Shown: positions 18,922 through 28,516, numbered from the stretch's first letter. The stretch is DNA of 64,000 nt from an uncultured virus (IMG/VR IMGVR_UViG_3300049020_000051) (IMGVR_UViG_3300049020_000051), one strand, 5' to 3'. Numbers and translations: made by a program. Notes: generated by a model from the sequence alone, not told the origin.

Positions 18922-19995
18922 TCAGAGGTCGTCGCCGCGGAGCTTGGCCAGGGCCTTGTCGTCCAATTTCTTGAACTCCTCCTGGCCCATCCTGATGACG
19001 TCAGCGCTCTTGAGCGGGCCGCCCGTCTTGTCGCTGTCCGCACCGACGTGCGCAGCGTTCGGCGGCTGCTTGCCGTTGGTCTCCAAGGCCTTCGCCACAG
19101 CGGCTTTCTTGCGCTCTTCGGCGGTGGCCTTCGCGAGGTCTTCCTTGTCGACACGCACGTCCACGTCGGTAGCGGCCTCCTGCTTCGCCGTCGCGGGCTT
19201 GAGCAGCACCTTGCAGGCTTTCTGCAGTGCGTCGGCGCGGCTGTACTTGCCCGTGGCAACGTAACCGCCCATCAGCTCCAACACGTCGCCGGTCTTCTCC
19301 TTGTCGAAGTCCTCGTGGTCCGGGTTGATCACCGGGAATGCGGCTTCGAGGCGCTCGACCGTGGTGTCGTACTTCACGCGCTCGTACGCGCGGGCCTCGG
19401 CGGCTTGCGTCTCGAACTGGGCCTGCGTCTGGACGATGGAACGCTCTGTCCGGCGGATCTCGGCCATCTTCGCGGCGGCGTCGTCGACCTTGCCGTCGGC
19501 CAGGAGCTTGAGGTACTCCTTCTCCATCACGACCACGTTGGCCTCGGCCTTGGCGATGTCCTCGTTGGTCTTCGCGACGACCTCGCCCTTGCGCGTGGCG
19601 GCCAGCTCGCGCTCCACAGTCTCGCGGCGCTCGCGCTCCTTCTTCAGGATCTCTTCGTGCCGTGACAGCGGGATGCGCGTGTCCTTCTTGCTGTCCTTCT
19701 TGTCGTCCTTCTCACCTTCGCCTTCGCCCTTACCCTCGGCCGCGGCCTTCTCGGCGGCAGCCTTGTCGGTCACGGCCTTCTCAGCTTCGGCCTTCTCGGT
19801 CTCTTCCTTCTTCGCTGCGGCCGTGACCTTGTCGGCCTCGGCCTTATCGGCCGAGGCCTTCAGAGCAGCAGCGTCGTCGTCGGTCGGCGTCCAGTCGTCG
19901 CCGCGGTCGACGGTGCCACCCCCACCACCGCTCTCACCGCCCGTTTCGGGCGCCATGAAGCGGCGGAAGATTGGGTGTAGGCGGTTGAAGATCAT
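18922..19995 (-). CDS. Capsid scaffolding protein
   Basis: Highly charged/helical, RIPLSR motif, between portal and MCP. Confidence 0.75.
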   Translation of the reverse strand: MIFNRLHPIFRRFMAPETGGESGGGGGTVDRGDDWTPTDDDAAALKASADKAEADKVTAAAKKEETEKAEAEKAVTDKAAAEKAAAEGKGEGEGEKDDKKDSKKDTRIPLSRHEEILKKERERRETVERELAATRKGEVVAKTNEDIAKAEANVVVMEKEYLKLLADGKVDDAAAKMAEIRRTERSIVQTQAQFETQAAEARAYERVKYDTTVERLEAAFPVINPDHEDFDKEKTGDVLELMGGYVATGKYSRADALQKACKVLLKPATAKQEAATDVDVRVDKEDLAKATAEERKKAAVAKALETNGKQPPNAAHVGADSDKTGGPLKSADVIRMGQEEFKKLDDKALAKLRGDDL

Positions 19996-22136
19996 TGACG
20001 CACTCCTTGGGCTTGGCTGGGTTGGGGTTTTGGTTGGGAGGCAGCTGCAGCGGCTGCCATGCGGTCGGACTCAGCCTTGTCGGCCTGGGCCTTCTGCTTG
20101 AGCTGCAAGTCGAAATTCATCTCGCGCACGCGCAGGCCGAATTCGCGCTCCTGCATGACCTTCTCGTGCTCGAACTTCTGGACGTCGAGCTGCATGTCGG
20201 CTTGCGCCTTCACGAGGGCCGCACCGCCGTCGCCGGCCTCCTCGATCGGCGTGGCGGCCTCCTTCTGGGCGGTGACCTGTTCCTTGACGGCCTTGGCGGC
20301 CTTCAGGTTGGCGTCGGCATGCTTGGCCTTGGCCTCGCCCTCGACCTTGGCGACTTCGGCCTCCTGGCCACGGCGTGCAAGGGCAGCCTGGGCTTGCGCC
20401 TCCGGGCTCGCCTGGTCGCCCTCCATCTGCCGGAGGATGTCGCCCTTGTTGAGCAAGCGACTGTTCGTGATGAGCACCGAGTCCGGGAGCGCGACGCCGA
20501 CCTCGCGCAGCGCCATACCCTGTTCGAACTGGCTGTCTTCGAGGGTCTCGCGTTGCGGCACGGAGCTGATGACCACGTCGTACTCGCCGAGGGTCAGGTC
20601 GTTCACGATCGTGCCGGCGGCGGTGGCCTGGTTGATCGTGATGGACTCGCTCTCGCCGGTGACCTTGTCCTTCGTGATCGTCAGGATGCGTTCTTCGGTG
20701 TAGAACTCCTGCACCAGGTCCAGGATGTTGCGAGCGAGCATGAAGTCGCTGCGCACGAGGCTGTCAAGCGGCTTGGCCAGGTTCGTCTGGGAAGCCTGGC
20801 GCTTGGTCTGGATCGCCTTGGCGGCCACGTCCTCGCGGTCGAAGCCCTGCTGGCTGTCGGAAACGCCAGAGATGCTCTTGATGTGCTCTTCGGCCTTGTA
20901 CGAGATGCGGTCCAGGCCGGTCGGAACGGTGTTCGGGGCAATCTTGACGATGTCCTTTTCCGGGTCACCGTTCGTCTCGATGACCAGGCCGGTCTCAGCG
21001 CCGCGCGCTTCGAGTTCCTCCGGCGTCATGTTCGTCAACGCGCCGGTCTTCACCTTCCAGCCGCTGTTCGCCGTCGTGTTGACGATGTGCAGCTCCTGGG
21101 AGGACGTTTTGTTGAGCAGCTCCTGCGAGCCCAGCAGGTTCTCGACCAGGCCGACGGTGGTGCCGCGGCGGAAGTACGGGAAGTACGGCACCGGTGTGAA
21201 GTGCTTGTACGGGCTCCAGTCGTCGTGCAGGCACACGTTGTCGGCACAGGCCGTCCAACGGATGCGACTGACCAGCTTGGTGGTCACCGCGAAGCCGAAC
21301 TTCTCGACGAACCAGGCGATGCGGTTGCGGTCGAAGTCGGTCGGGATGGGCCGCATCTCGCCCGTGGCGCGCTCGACGAAGTGCTTCTGCTTGTCGAGCA
21401 TCTTGTGCTGCCGCTCGATCAGCCGGATGTTCCGCACGACGTTGCTGTAGTCGTGGCCCGCGCCACCGTAGCCGGCACCCTGCAGCGAGCCGAATCGGTC
21501 GATCCGGTCCTCGACGCTGTCGAAGCCGTACGGGCTCGACAACTCGCCCCGATTGCGCAGGTACTCGGCGTCCTCCGGGTTGTAGAGGGTCGCGATGTCG
21601 TCGGCGGTCAGCCACTTCGTGATGAACACCTCGCGCCAGGTGTCCGGGTCCGCCTCTTCAGCGTCCGGGTCCGGGATCACGTTCTTCGGGTTCAGCAGCG
21701 AGATGTCGACCTCGCCCTGCATGTTGTCCGTGAAGCGGATGCGCGCGTCGAGGTAGCCCCGGCTCGTGATCACGCCGTCGGCGAACATATCGGAGCGCTT
21801 CCAGTCGAGCTGGTTGTTGTCGCTGATCTGCTTGAAGACCTTGGTCAGCGCAGTGGCGACATCGTCAGCCGAGGCCCCCCGGGGCCGAAACGCGATCTCG
21901 CTGCGCTGGTAGATCTGCTCGCCCATCACGTTGGCCAGCGTGCTGATGATCTTGTTGATCGTCAGCGCGGGGCGCCGGGCGAGCTTCAGCGCCAGGCGGT
22001 CCTCGGCGGTCCACTGGTCACCGATGAAGAAGCGATCACAGAGCTGCGCCTTCTCGATGTAGCCCTGGTGGCCGTTGTCGCGGCAGAAGACGTAGCGGTC
22101 CCAGGTCTTGGCACACAGCTCGGTGTTGACGGGCAT
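19992..22136 (-). CDS. Portal protein (P22-like)
   Basis: 714 aa; GDQW...RPALTINKI motif, long helical C-terminal barrel, downstream of TerL. Confidence 0.9.
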   Translation of the reverse strand: MPVNTELCAKTWDRYVFCRDNGHQGYIEKAQLCDRFFIGDQWTAEDRLALKLARRPALTINKIISTLANVMGEQIYQRSEIAFRPRGASADDVATALTKVFKQISDNNQLDWKRSDMFADGVITSRGYLDARIRFTDNMQGEVDISLLNPKNVIPDPDAEEADPDTWREVFITKWLTADDIATLYNPEDAEYLRNRGELSSPYGFDSVEDRIDRFGSLQGAGYGGAGHDYSNVVRNIRLIERQHKMLDKQKHFVERATGEMRPIPTDFDRNRIAWFVEKFGFAVTTKLVSRIRWTACADNVCLHDDWSPYKHFTPVPYFPYFRRGTTVGLVENLLGSQELLNKTSSQELHIVNTTANSGWKVKTGALTNMTPEELEARGAETGLVIETNGDPEKDIVKIAPNTVPTGLDRISYKAEEHIKSISGVSDSQQGFDREDVAAKAIQTKRQASQTNLAKPLDSLVRSDFMLARNILDLVQEFYTEERILTITKDKVTGESESITINQATAAGTIVNDLTLGEYDVVISSVPQRETLEDSQFEQGMALREVGVALPDSVLITNSRLLNKGDILRQMEGDQASPEAQAQAALARRGQEAEVAKVEGEAKAKHADANLKAAKAVKEQVTAQKEAATPIEEAGDGGAALVKAQADMQLDVQKFEHEKVMQEREFGLRVREMNFDLQLKQKAQADKAESDRMAAAAAASQPKPQPSQAQGVRQ

Positions 22137-22150
22137 AAGGTGCTTTCAGA

Positions 22151-22411
22151 TCAGCGATGGCCGCCGCAGCCGCAGGGCGGCTTGTTTGATGTGGGCGGCT
22201 CGATCACCGCCCGTTGAGCGGCGTCGAAGATGACGCCGAGGGTTGTGGTTGCGTCGGGGATGTGCAGCAGGCCGGTGTCAGCCATGCCGCGCAGCCAGAA
22301 CACGAGTTGTTCCGGCGTCATGACGGCGGCGACGGGGATTGCCTGGAAGCGAACGTTCGGCTCCGCGGGAGCGGAGCCCTGGTCGCGGTAGAAGTTGCTC
22401 GGGGCCGGCAT
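22151..22411 (-). CDS. Hypothetical protein
   Basis: MTPEQLVFWLRG motif; between TerL and portal. Confidence 0.5.
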   Translation of the reverse strand: MPAPSNFYRDQGSAPAEPNVRFQAIPVAAVMTPEQLVFWLRGMADTGLLHIPDATTTLGVIFDAAQRAVIEPPTSNKPPCGCGGHR

Positions 22412-22434
22412 GCTGTCGCGGGCCAGGCTGTCTG

Positions 22435-24621
22435 TTATGCGGCCATGTGGCTCGCGCCCTTGGTACCCAGGCCCTTCAACTTGTCCCGCCATGACCCCAT
22501 CTCCTTCTGTTTCGGTTTCTGGGGCGGCGCGCGGCCGACGGCCAGGTGTGTCATCCAAGCGAGCGCATCTACACAGTCGTCGTGCACGCCGGCCGGGAAG
22601 CGCAAGAGCTCTTGCCTGACCACGTCGTACCAATCGCCCTGCTCGTTGAAGCTGACCTTCCCCTGCTGCATCCGGCCCTGGAGGGGCCTGGCTCTAGCCA
22701 ACTTGTCGGTCACTGGCGTTAGAACCGTGATCGACGGATAGAACCGCTCCTCCTGCATTCGCTTCTTGAGCAGGACGGCCATCGTCTTATAGATTTGCCC
22801 GTCCTCGAACCCTAGAACTAAGTTAGAACTGTACCACCGGCGACACAGCGAGAGGATCGCGTCCACGATGTAGAGGGCGTCGCCGCTCTTGAAGCGCAGC
22901 ACCTCCGCGACGTGCAGCGTGTCGTCGTCGTCCTGAAGCCCGACGGCGCCCACGGTGTAGTCGTTCTGCTTCTTCTCGGTGATCGCGAAGTCGAAGGCGA
23001 TGTAGACGTGCGCGCGCTTGATGGGCGGGATCTGGCCGCGGCGGAAGTGCTCCTTGAGGAAGTACGCGCCGTCGTCGGGGACCGGGTTCTGCTGATAGAG
23101 AGCGGACCAGAACCGGTTCGGGATCGTCTTCTTGATCCGTAGCAGCTTCTTGCGGTCGTAGCGTTCGGGGTGCAGTGCCTGGCCCTTGGCGCGCAGGAAC
23201 TGCATCTTGCTCATGTCGTAGCCCAGGCCAGCAGCGCGGGACAGCGCGTGCACGGAGGCTTCGAGCGGGTCCTCGTAGTACGGCTCATGCATCGGCACGT
23301 CGATGCGCACGATCTCGTCCGTGATGGTGTCGATCCACTCATCATGCTCGGCGATGGCCGGGTACTTCACTACCTCGAACTGGTCGGCTTCGGGGTCCGC
23401 GGCCATGGCCATCTGCAGCCGGCCGGCCAGGTCGTCGTCGTGCCACCAGGTCTGGATCACCAGCACGCCGCCGCCGGGGGCGAGGCGGGTGTAGGCCGTC
23501 GAGCCGTACCAGTCCATAAGCTTCTCGCGCACGTCTGGGCTGTCGGCCTCCTCAGCGTTCTTGATCGGGTCGTCGATCAGCAGGACGTGCGCGCCCTTGC
23601 CGGTGATACCGCCGCCGACGCCGGCCGCCACGTAGCCGCCGCGACTGCCGCCAGCCAGGCCCCACTCCTCGGCCGACTGGTTGTTCGGGTTGAGCCGGGT
23701 GGCAAAGACGCTCTCGTAGGCCGGGTCGGCGATGGTCTCCTTCACCTTGCGGCTGAAGGCCATCGCCAGGCTCACGTTGTACGAGCAGGCGATGATTTCG
23801 TGATCGGGCTGCCGGCCCAGGTGCCAGGCCGGGAACATGCGGGAGGCGAGCTCGCTCTTGCCGTGCCGCGGGGGCATCAGCAGCATCAGCCGCGGGCTCA
23901 GGCCCTTGGCTACGTCGTCGCTGAAGCGCTCCAGGCGGCGCGCGATGTCCCGGTGGACCCAGCCGGCGTCATACCGTGGGTTGATCCGCTGCGTGAAGGG
24001 GATCAACCGACGTTTGCTGAGGACTCGGGCTGCCAGCTCCTTCTGGGCTGCCAGGATCGAAGAACTCGATGCCTTGGGGGAGGTGGCGGCGGTCGTCGGG
24101 ATTGCTGCGGGCGGCGTAGAGGTTGCCGTTGCGGTCTTGGTGCTGGTACTGGGCGAGGACGGCTTCTTTCCACGTCCAGATGCCGGCTTTGACGCGTGGG
24201 TGGTCGTGGAGACGGGCGATGACGTGGTTGCGGGCGCAGTCGATCGGAGTGCCGCAGATGAGGTGGCCGAGCGAGCTGTATTCGAGACCGTCTTGCTCGC
24301 TGATGACGCGGCCGTGCGGGTCGAAGTCTTTTTGGCGCATGGCTTAGGGGCAGAGGGTGCTGCAGAGCGGTCGGCCCCACGAGTCGACGGAGAAGTTCGC
24401 GCGGACTTGGCGGTCGGCGCGGGCGGCGAAGTCGAGCTTGCTGCTCGGGGTCGGGTCGTCGCCGTCGTAGCCTTTGATCCACTCGCGGACGGCTGCTTCG
24501 GAGCGGCCGCCTTGGCGCCAGTTTTGGATCGTGCGGTTCCGCCAGCAGTCGACCGGCCGCCCGCAGATGTACTCCGCGAGGTTTTCGTATTCGAGCCCGT
24601 CTTCGGCGATGAACGAGGCAT
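22435..24621 (-). CDS. terL: Terminase large subunit with long low-complexity N-terminal extension
   Basis: MPPRHGKS Walker A, LLIDDP Walker B, FDFA/HDDCVDA nuclease motifs; start uncertain. Confidence 0.9.
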   Translation of the reverse strand: MPRSSPKTGSNTKTSRSTSAGGRSTAGGTARSKTGAKAAAPKQPSASGSKATTATTRPRAASSTSPPAPTAKSARTSPSTRGADRSAAPSAPKPCAKKTSTRTAASSASKTVSNTARSATSSAALRSTAPATTSSPVSTTTHASKPASGRGKKPSSPSTSTKTATATSTPPAAIPTTAATSPKASSSSILAAQKELAARVLSKRRLIPFTQRINPRYDAGWVHRDIARRLERFSDDVAKGLSPRLMLLMPPRHGKSELASRMFPAWHLGRQPDHEIIACSYNVSLAMAFSRKVKETIADPAYESVFATRLNPNNQSAEEWGLAGGSRGGYVAAGVGGGITGKGAHVLLIDDPIKNAEEADSPDVREKLMDWYGSTAYTRLAPGGGVLVIQTWWHDDDLAGRLQMAMAADPEADQFEVVKYPAIAEHDEWIDTITDEIVRIDVPMHEPYYEDPLEASVHALSRAAGLGYDMSKMQFLRAKGQALHPERYDRKKLLRIKKTIPNRFWSALYQQNPVPDDGAYFLKEHFRRGQIPPIKRAHVYIAFDFAITEKKQNDYTVGAVGLQDDDDTLHVAEVLRFKSGDALYIVDAILSLCRRWYSSNLVLGFEDGQIYKTMAVLLKKRMQEERFYPSITVLTPVTDKLARARPLQGRMQQGKVSFNEQGDWYDVVRQELLRFPAGVHDDCVDALAWMTHLAVGRAPPQKPKQKEMGSWRDKLKGLGTKGASHMAA
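23969..24340 (-). CDS. Small protein overprinted on terL 5' region (paralog B)
   Basis: Shares FDPH...DGLEY-x2-L-x3-ICG-x-P-x-DC-x-RN with 24344..24691. Confidence 0.6.
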   Translation of the reverse strand: MRQKDFDPHGRVISEQDGLEYSSLGHLICGTPIDCARNHVIARLHDHPRVKAGIWTWKEAVLAQYQHQDRNGNLYAARSNPDDRRHLPQGIEFFDPGSPEGAGSPSPQQTSVDPLHAADQPTV

Positions 24622-24691
24622 GGGGATCGAACTCAGATGCCGGCGATGCAGACAACGGACTGGTCTCGCTTGACGGAGAAGGCAATTCCAT
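24344..24691 (-). CDS. Small protein overprinted on terL 5' region (paralog A)
   Basis: GAGGT RBS; paralogous motif with 23969..24340. Confidence 0.6.
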   Translation of the reverse strand: MELPSPSSETSPLSASPASEFDPHASFIAEDGLEYENLAEYICGRPVDCWRNRTIQNWRQGGRSEAAVREWIKGYDGDDPTPSSKLDFAARADRQVRANFSVDSWGRPLCSTLCP

Positions 24692-24932
24692 AGCTGTACC
24701 TCATGGGGCGGTAGTGGTCGTGGGCTGGTTCGGGCTCGCCGCGCAGCTCGCGTGTGATCTCGGCGACCTGGCGGGCTTCGTGTACTTCTTTGCGGATCTG
24801 CTCAAGAACGCCGTTGACTCTGGCCTCGTACTCTTTGGCCGTGCTGGTCTTCCGCTCGGCACGCATGGACGTTGTCAGGGTGGCTTCGGCGAGGTCGCGC
24901 AGGGCCTGAAACTTGTCAGTCTTCCAGCTCAT
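24633..24932 (-). CDS. Hypothetical protein containing ITRELRG motif
   Basis: GAGGAGG RBS; 99 aa. Confidence 0.6.
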   Translation of the reverse strand: MSWKTDKFQALRDLAEATLTTSMRAERKTSTAKEYEARVNGVLEQIRKEVHEARQVAEITRELRGEPEPAHDHYRPMRYSYGIAFSVKRDQSVVCIAGI

Positions 24933-25548
24933 CTTGAGCCTCCTCGTCCAGGTCGTTCGTGAGCATCTTGATGAGGTCCTCGTCGCTGAGGAGCTCCATC
25001 TTTTGCATGGCGATCTGGCCCTTGACCGTGATCTCCAGCTTCTTCTTGACCGGCTCGAAGTAGCCGCACATCTGACCCACGGTCTTCCAGCCGTTGATCA
25101 CGGAGGCGGGCTCGGCCATCAGCTTGGCCATCTCGATGCCTTCGAGCAGGCCATCCATGACCTTCTTCCGCGTCATCTGGGACGCCTCCTCGTAGAGGCG
25201 CTTCTCCTCGCGGTATAGGGCCTGGACGTTGGGCATGTGCACCAGGCGGTAGGCATAGGTGGCAGCGTCCCCGTAGCCGGCGCGTGCGGAGGCGCTGGGG
25301 ATCGACTCGCCTTGCGCCCAGTACTTCACGAACAGCTTGGCCTTCTCGGTCAGCGGCTTGGTGGGGTCGATCTGCTCTGCGCCTGCAACCGTGCTGGTGT
25401 TGACGCCCTGGCGGGCCTGGAGCACGGGCAGCGTGCGGTCCTTCGACGCGCCTCGCTTCTTGGTGAGGGGGACCGTGACCTTCTTGAGTCCGCGACCTGA
25501 TCCGGCGCGGTTTTTTCCGTCGGGGTTGGGCGGGAGGCGGGCTGTCAT
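24916..25548 (-). CDS. terS: Terminase small subunit
   Basis: LTEK-x2-LFVKYW...SA-x-RAGY HTH pattern; first late gene. Confidence 0.75.
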   Translation of the reverse strand: MTARLPPNPDGKNRAGSGRGLKKVTVPLTKKRGASKDRTLPVLQARQGVNTSTVAGAEQIDPTKPLTEKAKLFVKYWAQGESIPSASARAGYGDAATYAYRLVHMPNVQALYREEKRLYEEASQMTRKKVMDGLLEGIEMAKLMAEPASVINGWKTVGQMCGYFEPVKKKLEITVKGQIAMQKMELLSDEDLIKMLTNDLDEEAQDELED

Positions 25549-25557
25549 GGCGCCGCG

Positions 25558-25583
25558 ATTCTAATTTGAATCTAACCAGGATC
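25558..25583 (-). promoter_or_regulatory. Degenerate tandem palindromic sites with TAGAAT; putative late promoter for terS
   Basis: ATTCTAATTTGAATCTAACCAGGATC at the late/early divergence. Confidence 0.5.
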
Positions 25584-25818
25584 GGATTAGAGGCGGACGG
25601 GGTTCGGGGGAACGGGTGGTGGGTTCTTAGGAAAATTTTCTAAAAATTTTTAAGAGATGCGCGGCGGTGAGTCTCCCTCCCCGCCCTCCGCTTCCGAGTA
25701 CCCCACTTCGGATTCGGATTCGCGTGGGAGGAAAAAGGATGCTTATCCGCCCCCAGCAGCTGCGCTCCGCTTCGCTGCATCGCCTTGCTTCTGTGTTCTT
25801 TCTACTCAGGAGCAAGTC

Positions 25819-25971
25819 ATGCACCTCGCGTCCCGCCTCCTCGCACTCGGCCTCGTCGCTCTGTGTGGTGTGCCCTTCATGGATTACCACGCCCTCGCCG
25901 TAGCACTGTGCGTCCTCGCTGGTCTGTGCTTCGTCGCTTTCATCTACATCGAGATGAAGGGGAGCGAGTGA
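25819..25971 (+). CDS. Small membrane protein (50 aa)
   Basis: CAGGAG RBS, two hydrophobic stretches. Confidence 0.55.
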   Translation: MHLASRLLALGLVALCGVPFMDYHALAVALCVLAGLCFVAFIYIEMKGSE

Positions 25972-26081
25972 TGACCAACGTCACCGTCACCTACCTCACC
26001 CCCACCCCTGAGCAGATGCTGCTCTGGTTCAACGTGCTCGCCTGAGCACATCACCTGTCTATACATCTAGGAGCTTTCATC

Positions 26082-26555
26082 ATGGCAACTCGCCCCACCC
26101 TCATCAAGCCCACCACTCCCGCTGCCGCTGCGCCCCATGCCAAGCGCAAGCCCACCACCACCCAAGCGCCGGGCCTGGACAAGCCTCATGCGGCTGACAT
26201 CGACGAAGACGATGTCGAGACGCTGCGTCAGAAGCTCATGGCGCAGTTCAAGCTCACGTGGACGCGGGAGCGCGTCGTCGCTATGGTCCTCGGCATCGTC
26301 ACTGCCGTGGCCTCGGGCCTGCTGCTCAGCGAACTCGTGAGCGTGATCACGATCGCAGTGCTGGCCACCTCGACCTCGGCGTTCCTCGCGATGCTGATCG
26401 CAGTGCTGGGTTACGCGCTCGTCGCGTACACATCCGGCGTGCTGGGCGGCGTCGTCTACGAGTACGTCGCATGCGGCGCAGCGCGCGAGCATGTGAAGAC
26501 TCTTTACAGCTACGTGTCCGGGCTCTTCGGTGCCCGTGAACACGCCGTTAGCTAA
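26082..26555 (+). CDS. Membrane protein
   Basis: AGGAG RBS, long hydrophobic central region. Confidence 0.65.
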   Translation: MATRPTLIKPTTPAAAAPHAKRKPTTTQAPGLDKPHAADIDEDDVETLRQKLMAQFKLTWTRERVVAMVLGIVTAVASGLLLSELVSVITIAVLATSTSAFLAMLIAVLGYALVAYTSGVLGGVVYEYVACGAAREHVKTLYSYVSGLFGAREHAVS

Positions 26556-26568
26556 ACGGGAGACTGCG

Positions 26569-26856
26569 ATGCTCGAAATGGGTCTCGTGGTCTCACTTGG
26601 TCTGCTCGTGATGCTGGCCAAGTTGCCGTGGCGTTCGAAGCTCTGGGTCATCTCGCACCCAGTGCTGATGGATGTATTGGTCTTCATTGGATTGTGCGCA
26701 ATACATTGGGGCACCTTCTCTGGGGTCATGGTCGCAACAGTCGGCGCTCTCTTCACGTCGATCGTGTTGAGCTGTGCCAAGAAAGCCTACGGCCACATGG
26801 TCGGCCCAACCTACTACCCAGGTTGGTTCGACGTGTCAGCCAAACTGAGGAGTTAG
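26569..26856 (+). CDS. Membrane protein
   Basis: GGGAG RBS, about 3 hydrophobic segments. Confidence 0.65.
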   Translation: MLEMGLVVSLGLLVMLAKLPWRSKLWVISHPVLMDVLVFIGLCAIHWGTFSGVMVATVGALFTSIVLSCAKKAYGHMVGPTYYPGWFDVSAKLRS

Positions 26857-27044
26857 TGAATTGACCGTCCAACGCATCGCTCAACGCTACGGCCACCTCA
26901 TGCGTGTCTGCCGCGTGCTCGCACGCTTCTACCCAGATCGCGCCACCTACTACCTCAACCTGCGCTCGTGTCTCTGGGCACGAGCTTCGCGCGAAATCCG
27001 TCGCTGCGTGACGCGTCGCAACGTGATGCAGGTCTAGTTCGCAT

Positions 27045-27076
27045 GACAGCCACCTTCCAGGTGGCTGTCTCTTTTT
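27045..27076 (+). terminator. Intrinsic terminator
   Basis: GACAGCCACC-TTCCA-GGTGGCTGTC then TCTTTTT. Confidence 0.7.
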
Positions 27077-27107
27077 GCGTTGATGTTCTTTCACTCAGGA
27101 GTACGCC

Positions 27108-27287
27108 GTGCGCATCCACCCCCTCACCGACGAAACCAACAGACAAGAGCAGCAATGCCTCCAAGCCGGCATGCGTCTCGACGATGACATCGACGACCTC
27201 GATTCCGATCTGCCCTTCGGTGCTGATCCCTTCGACGTGATCGCCGAACTCGAAGCTCAACAAGGCCACCCGTTGGCACTCAGCTAA
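27108..27287 (+). CDS. 59-aa acidic protein (not in ORF track)
   Basis: CAGGAG RBS, GTG start, MRIHPLTDETNRQEQQCLQAGMRLDDDIDDLDSDLPFGADPFDVIAELEAQQGHPLALS. Confidence 0.6.
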   Translation: MRIHPLTDETNRQEQQCLQAGMRLDDDIDDLDSDLPFGADPFDVIAELEAQQGHPLALS

Positions 27288-27546
27288 AGGAGATCTACAT
27301 GCAGCCGTTCAGATAGCGACGCTGGCTTCAGCGCCCGCTCTGCGTGATCAGTGATCCGGCACGCAGTTCGCGACAGGATCACACCGGCTACCTAGGGATA
27401 AAGGCTGACGCTTGCCGGACGCGTCTCAAGGCCTCCCGCAATCATGCACATGTTGCCTCAGAGCGTTATAGCTTGGGCTTAACTGCGTCCTTCATGGAGC
27501 CGGATGGCGTAACCGGCAACCCACCTACCTTACCGAGAACATCACC

Positions 27547-28509
27547 ATGTCTACAACCCATCGCGTTACTTCCCTCTCCGCTCTCGACACCCTCAAGCCC
27601 CAGCTCACCGCCCAAGCCAAGAGCATCGGTGCGCGCACGTTCGATCCGATTGACTTCGTGCAGACGAACGTCATCTCAGAGCGTGCGCGCTTCCAGGTGC
27701 TCAACAGCATGGCCTGGTACATCGACATCACACTGATCAACAACGTGCGCTCAGTGTTCTTCGATCTCTTCCGCGACATGCAGAGCGCTGGCGACATCGA
27801 CAACTACAACGAGTACCTCGCCGCCATGAGCGAACGCGAGCAGCGCGAGACCAACCTGGTCGAGCAAGGCTTCATGGAGACTGAGGGCATCGGCTCCATC
27901 CGCCGGCTGCTGCTGCTGCGTCGTGATTGGCACGACGCCGTCGGCTCACTGAACGACAAGCACGTGATGCCCACCATCGAGTCGCTGCTGCAAGGCGAGA
28001 AGGTGCAGACTACCACTGCCCTCACCCGTGAAAAGCTGCGCATGCTCGCGGATGACGAAGCCCAAGGCAACACAGCGTTGGCCGACGAACTGTTCGCTGA
28101 ACTCGTGAAGCGTGAAGACTTGCAAGCCGCAGATCGCTACGAGACCTCGAAGGCTCGCATCCCTGCCATCGCCGGCATGGTGCAGTTCATCGGCAGCACC
28201 AGCACGATCGACTCGGCAGACTTCAACGAGCTGCCGTTGGACACGCGCAAGCGCCTGATCGAAGGCATCAAGAATGCCATCGGCCAAGCGGTTGGTCGCA
28301 TGGCCACTGATCGCAAGATCAACGTCATCGACTTCATGGCCACGCGCAAGGAACTGAAGGCAGCAACTGCGCTGATCGACGAAGTGCTGGCCGCCCCGCT
28401 CTTCAATGACGGCTTCAGCCAGCCCGCCCTCGACAACGCGCGTCAGGACAAAGACCTGGCCGCACGTGGCTTCGAGAAGAACGAAGCCGGTAAGTACGAG
28501 CAGCACTGA
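27547..28509 (+). CDS. Hypothetical helical protein (320 aa)
   Basis: Long ORF with phage-like codon use. Confidence 0.75.
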   Translation: MSTTHRVTSLSALDTLKPQLTAQAKSIGARTFDPIDFVQTNVISERARFQVLNSMAWYIDITLINNVRSVFFDLFRDMQSAGDIDNYNEYLAAMSEREQRETNLVEQGFMETEGIGSIRRLLLLRRDWHDAVGSLNDKHVMPTIESLLQGEKVQTTTALTREKLRMLADDEAQGNTALADELFAELVKREDLQAADRYETSKARIPAIAGMVQFIGSTSTIDSADFNELPLDTRKRLIEGIKNAIGQAVGRMATDRKINVIDFMATRKELKAATALIDEVLAAPLFNDGFSQPALDNARQDKDLAARGFEKNEAGKYEQH

Positions 28510-28516
28510 CGCAGCG

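Noticed and set aside
19995..22217. 740-aa plus-strand ORF and similar long antisense ORFs (14079-15611, 15425-17125, 29831-31204, 34222-35370)
   Set aside because: Shadow frames of GC-rich genes on the opposite strand; no motifs, atypical composition
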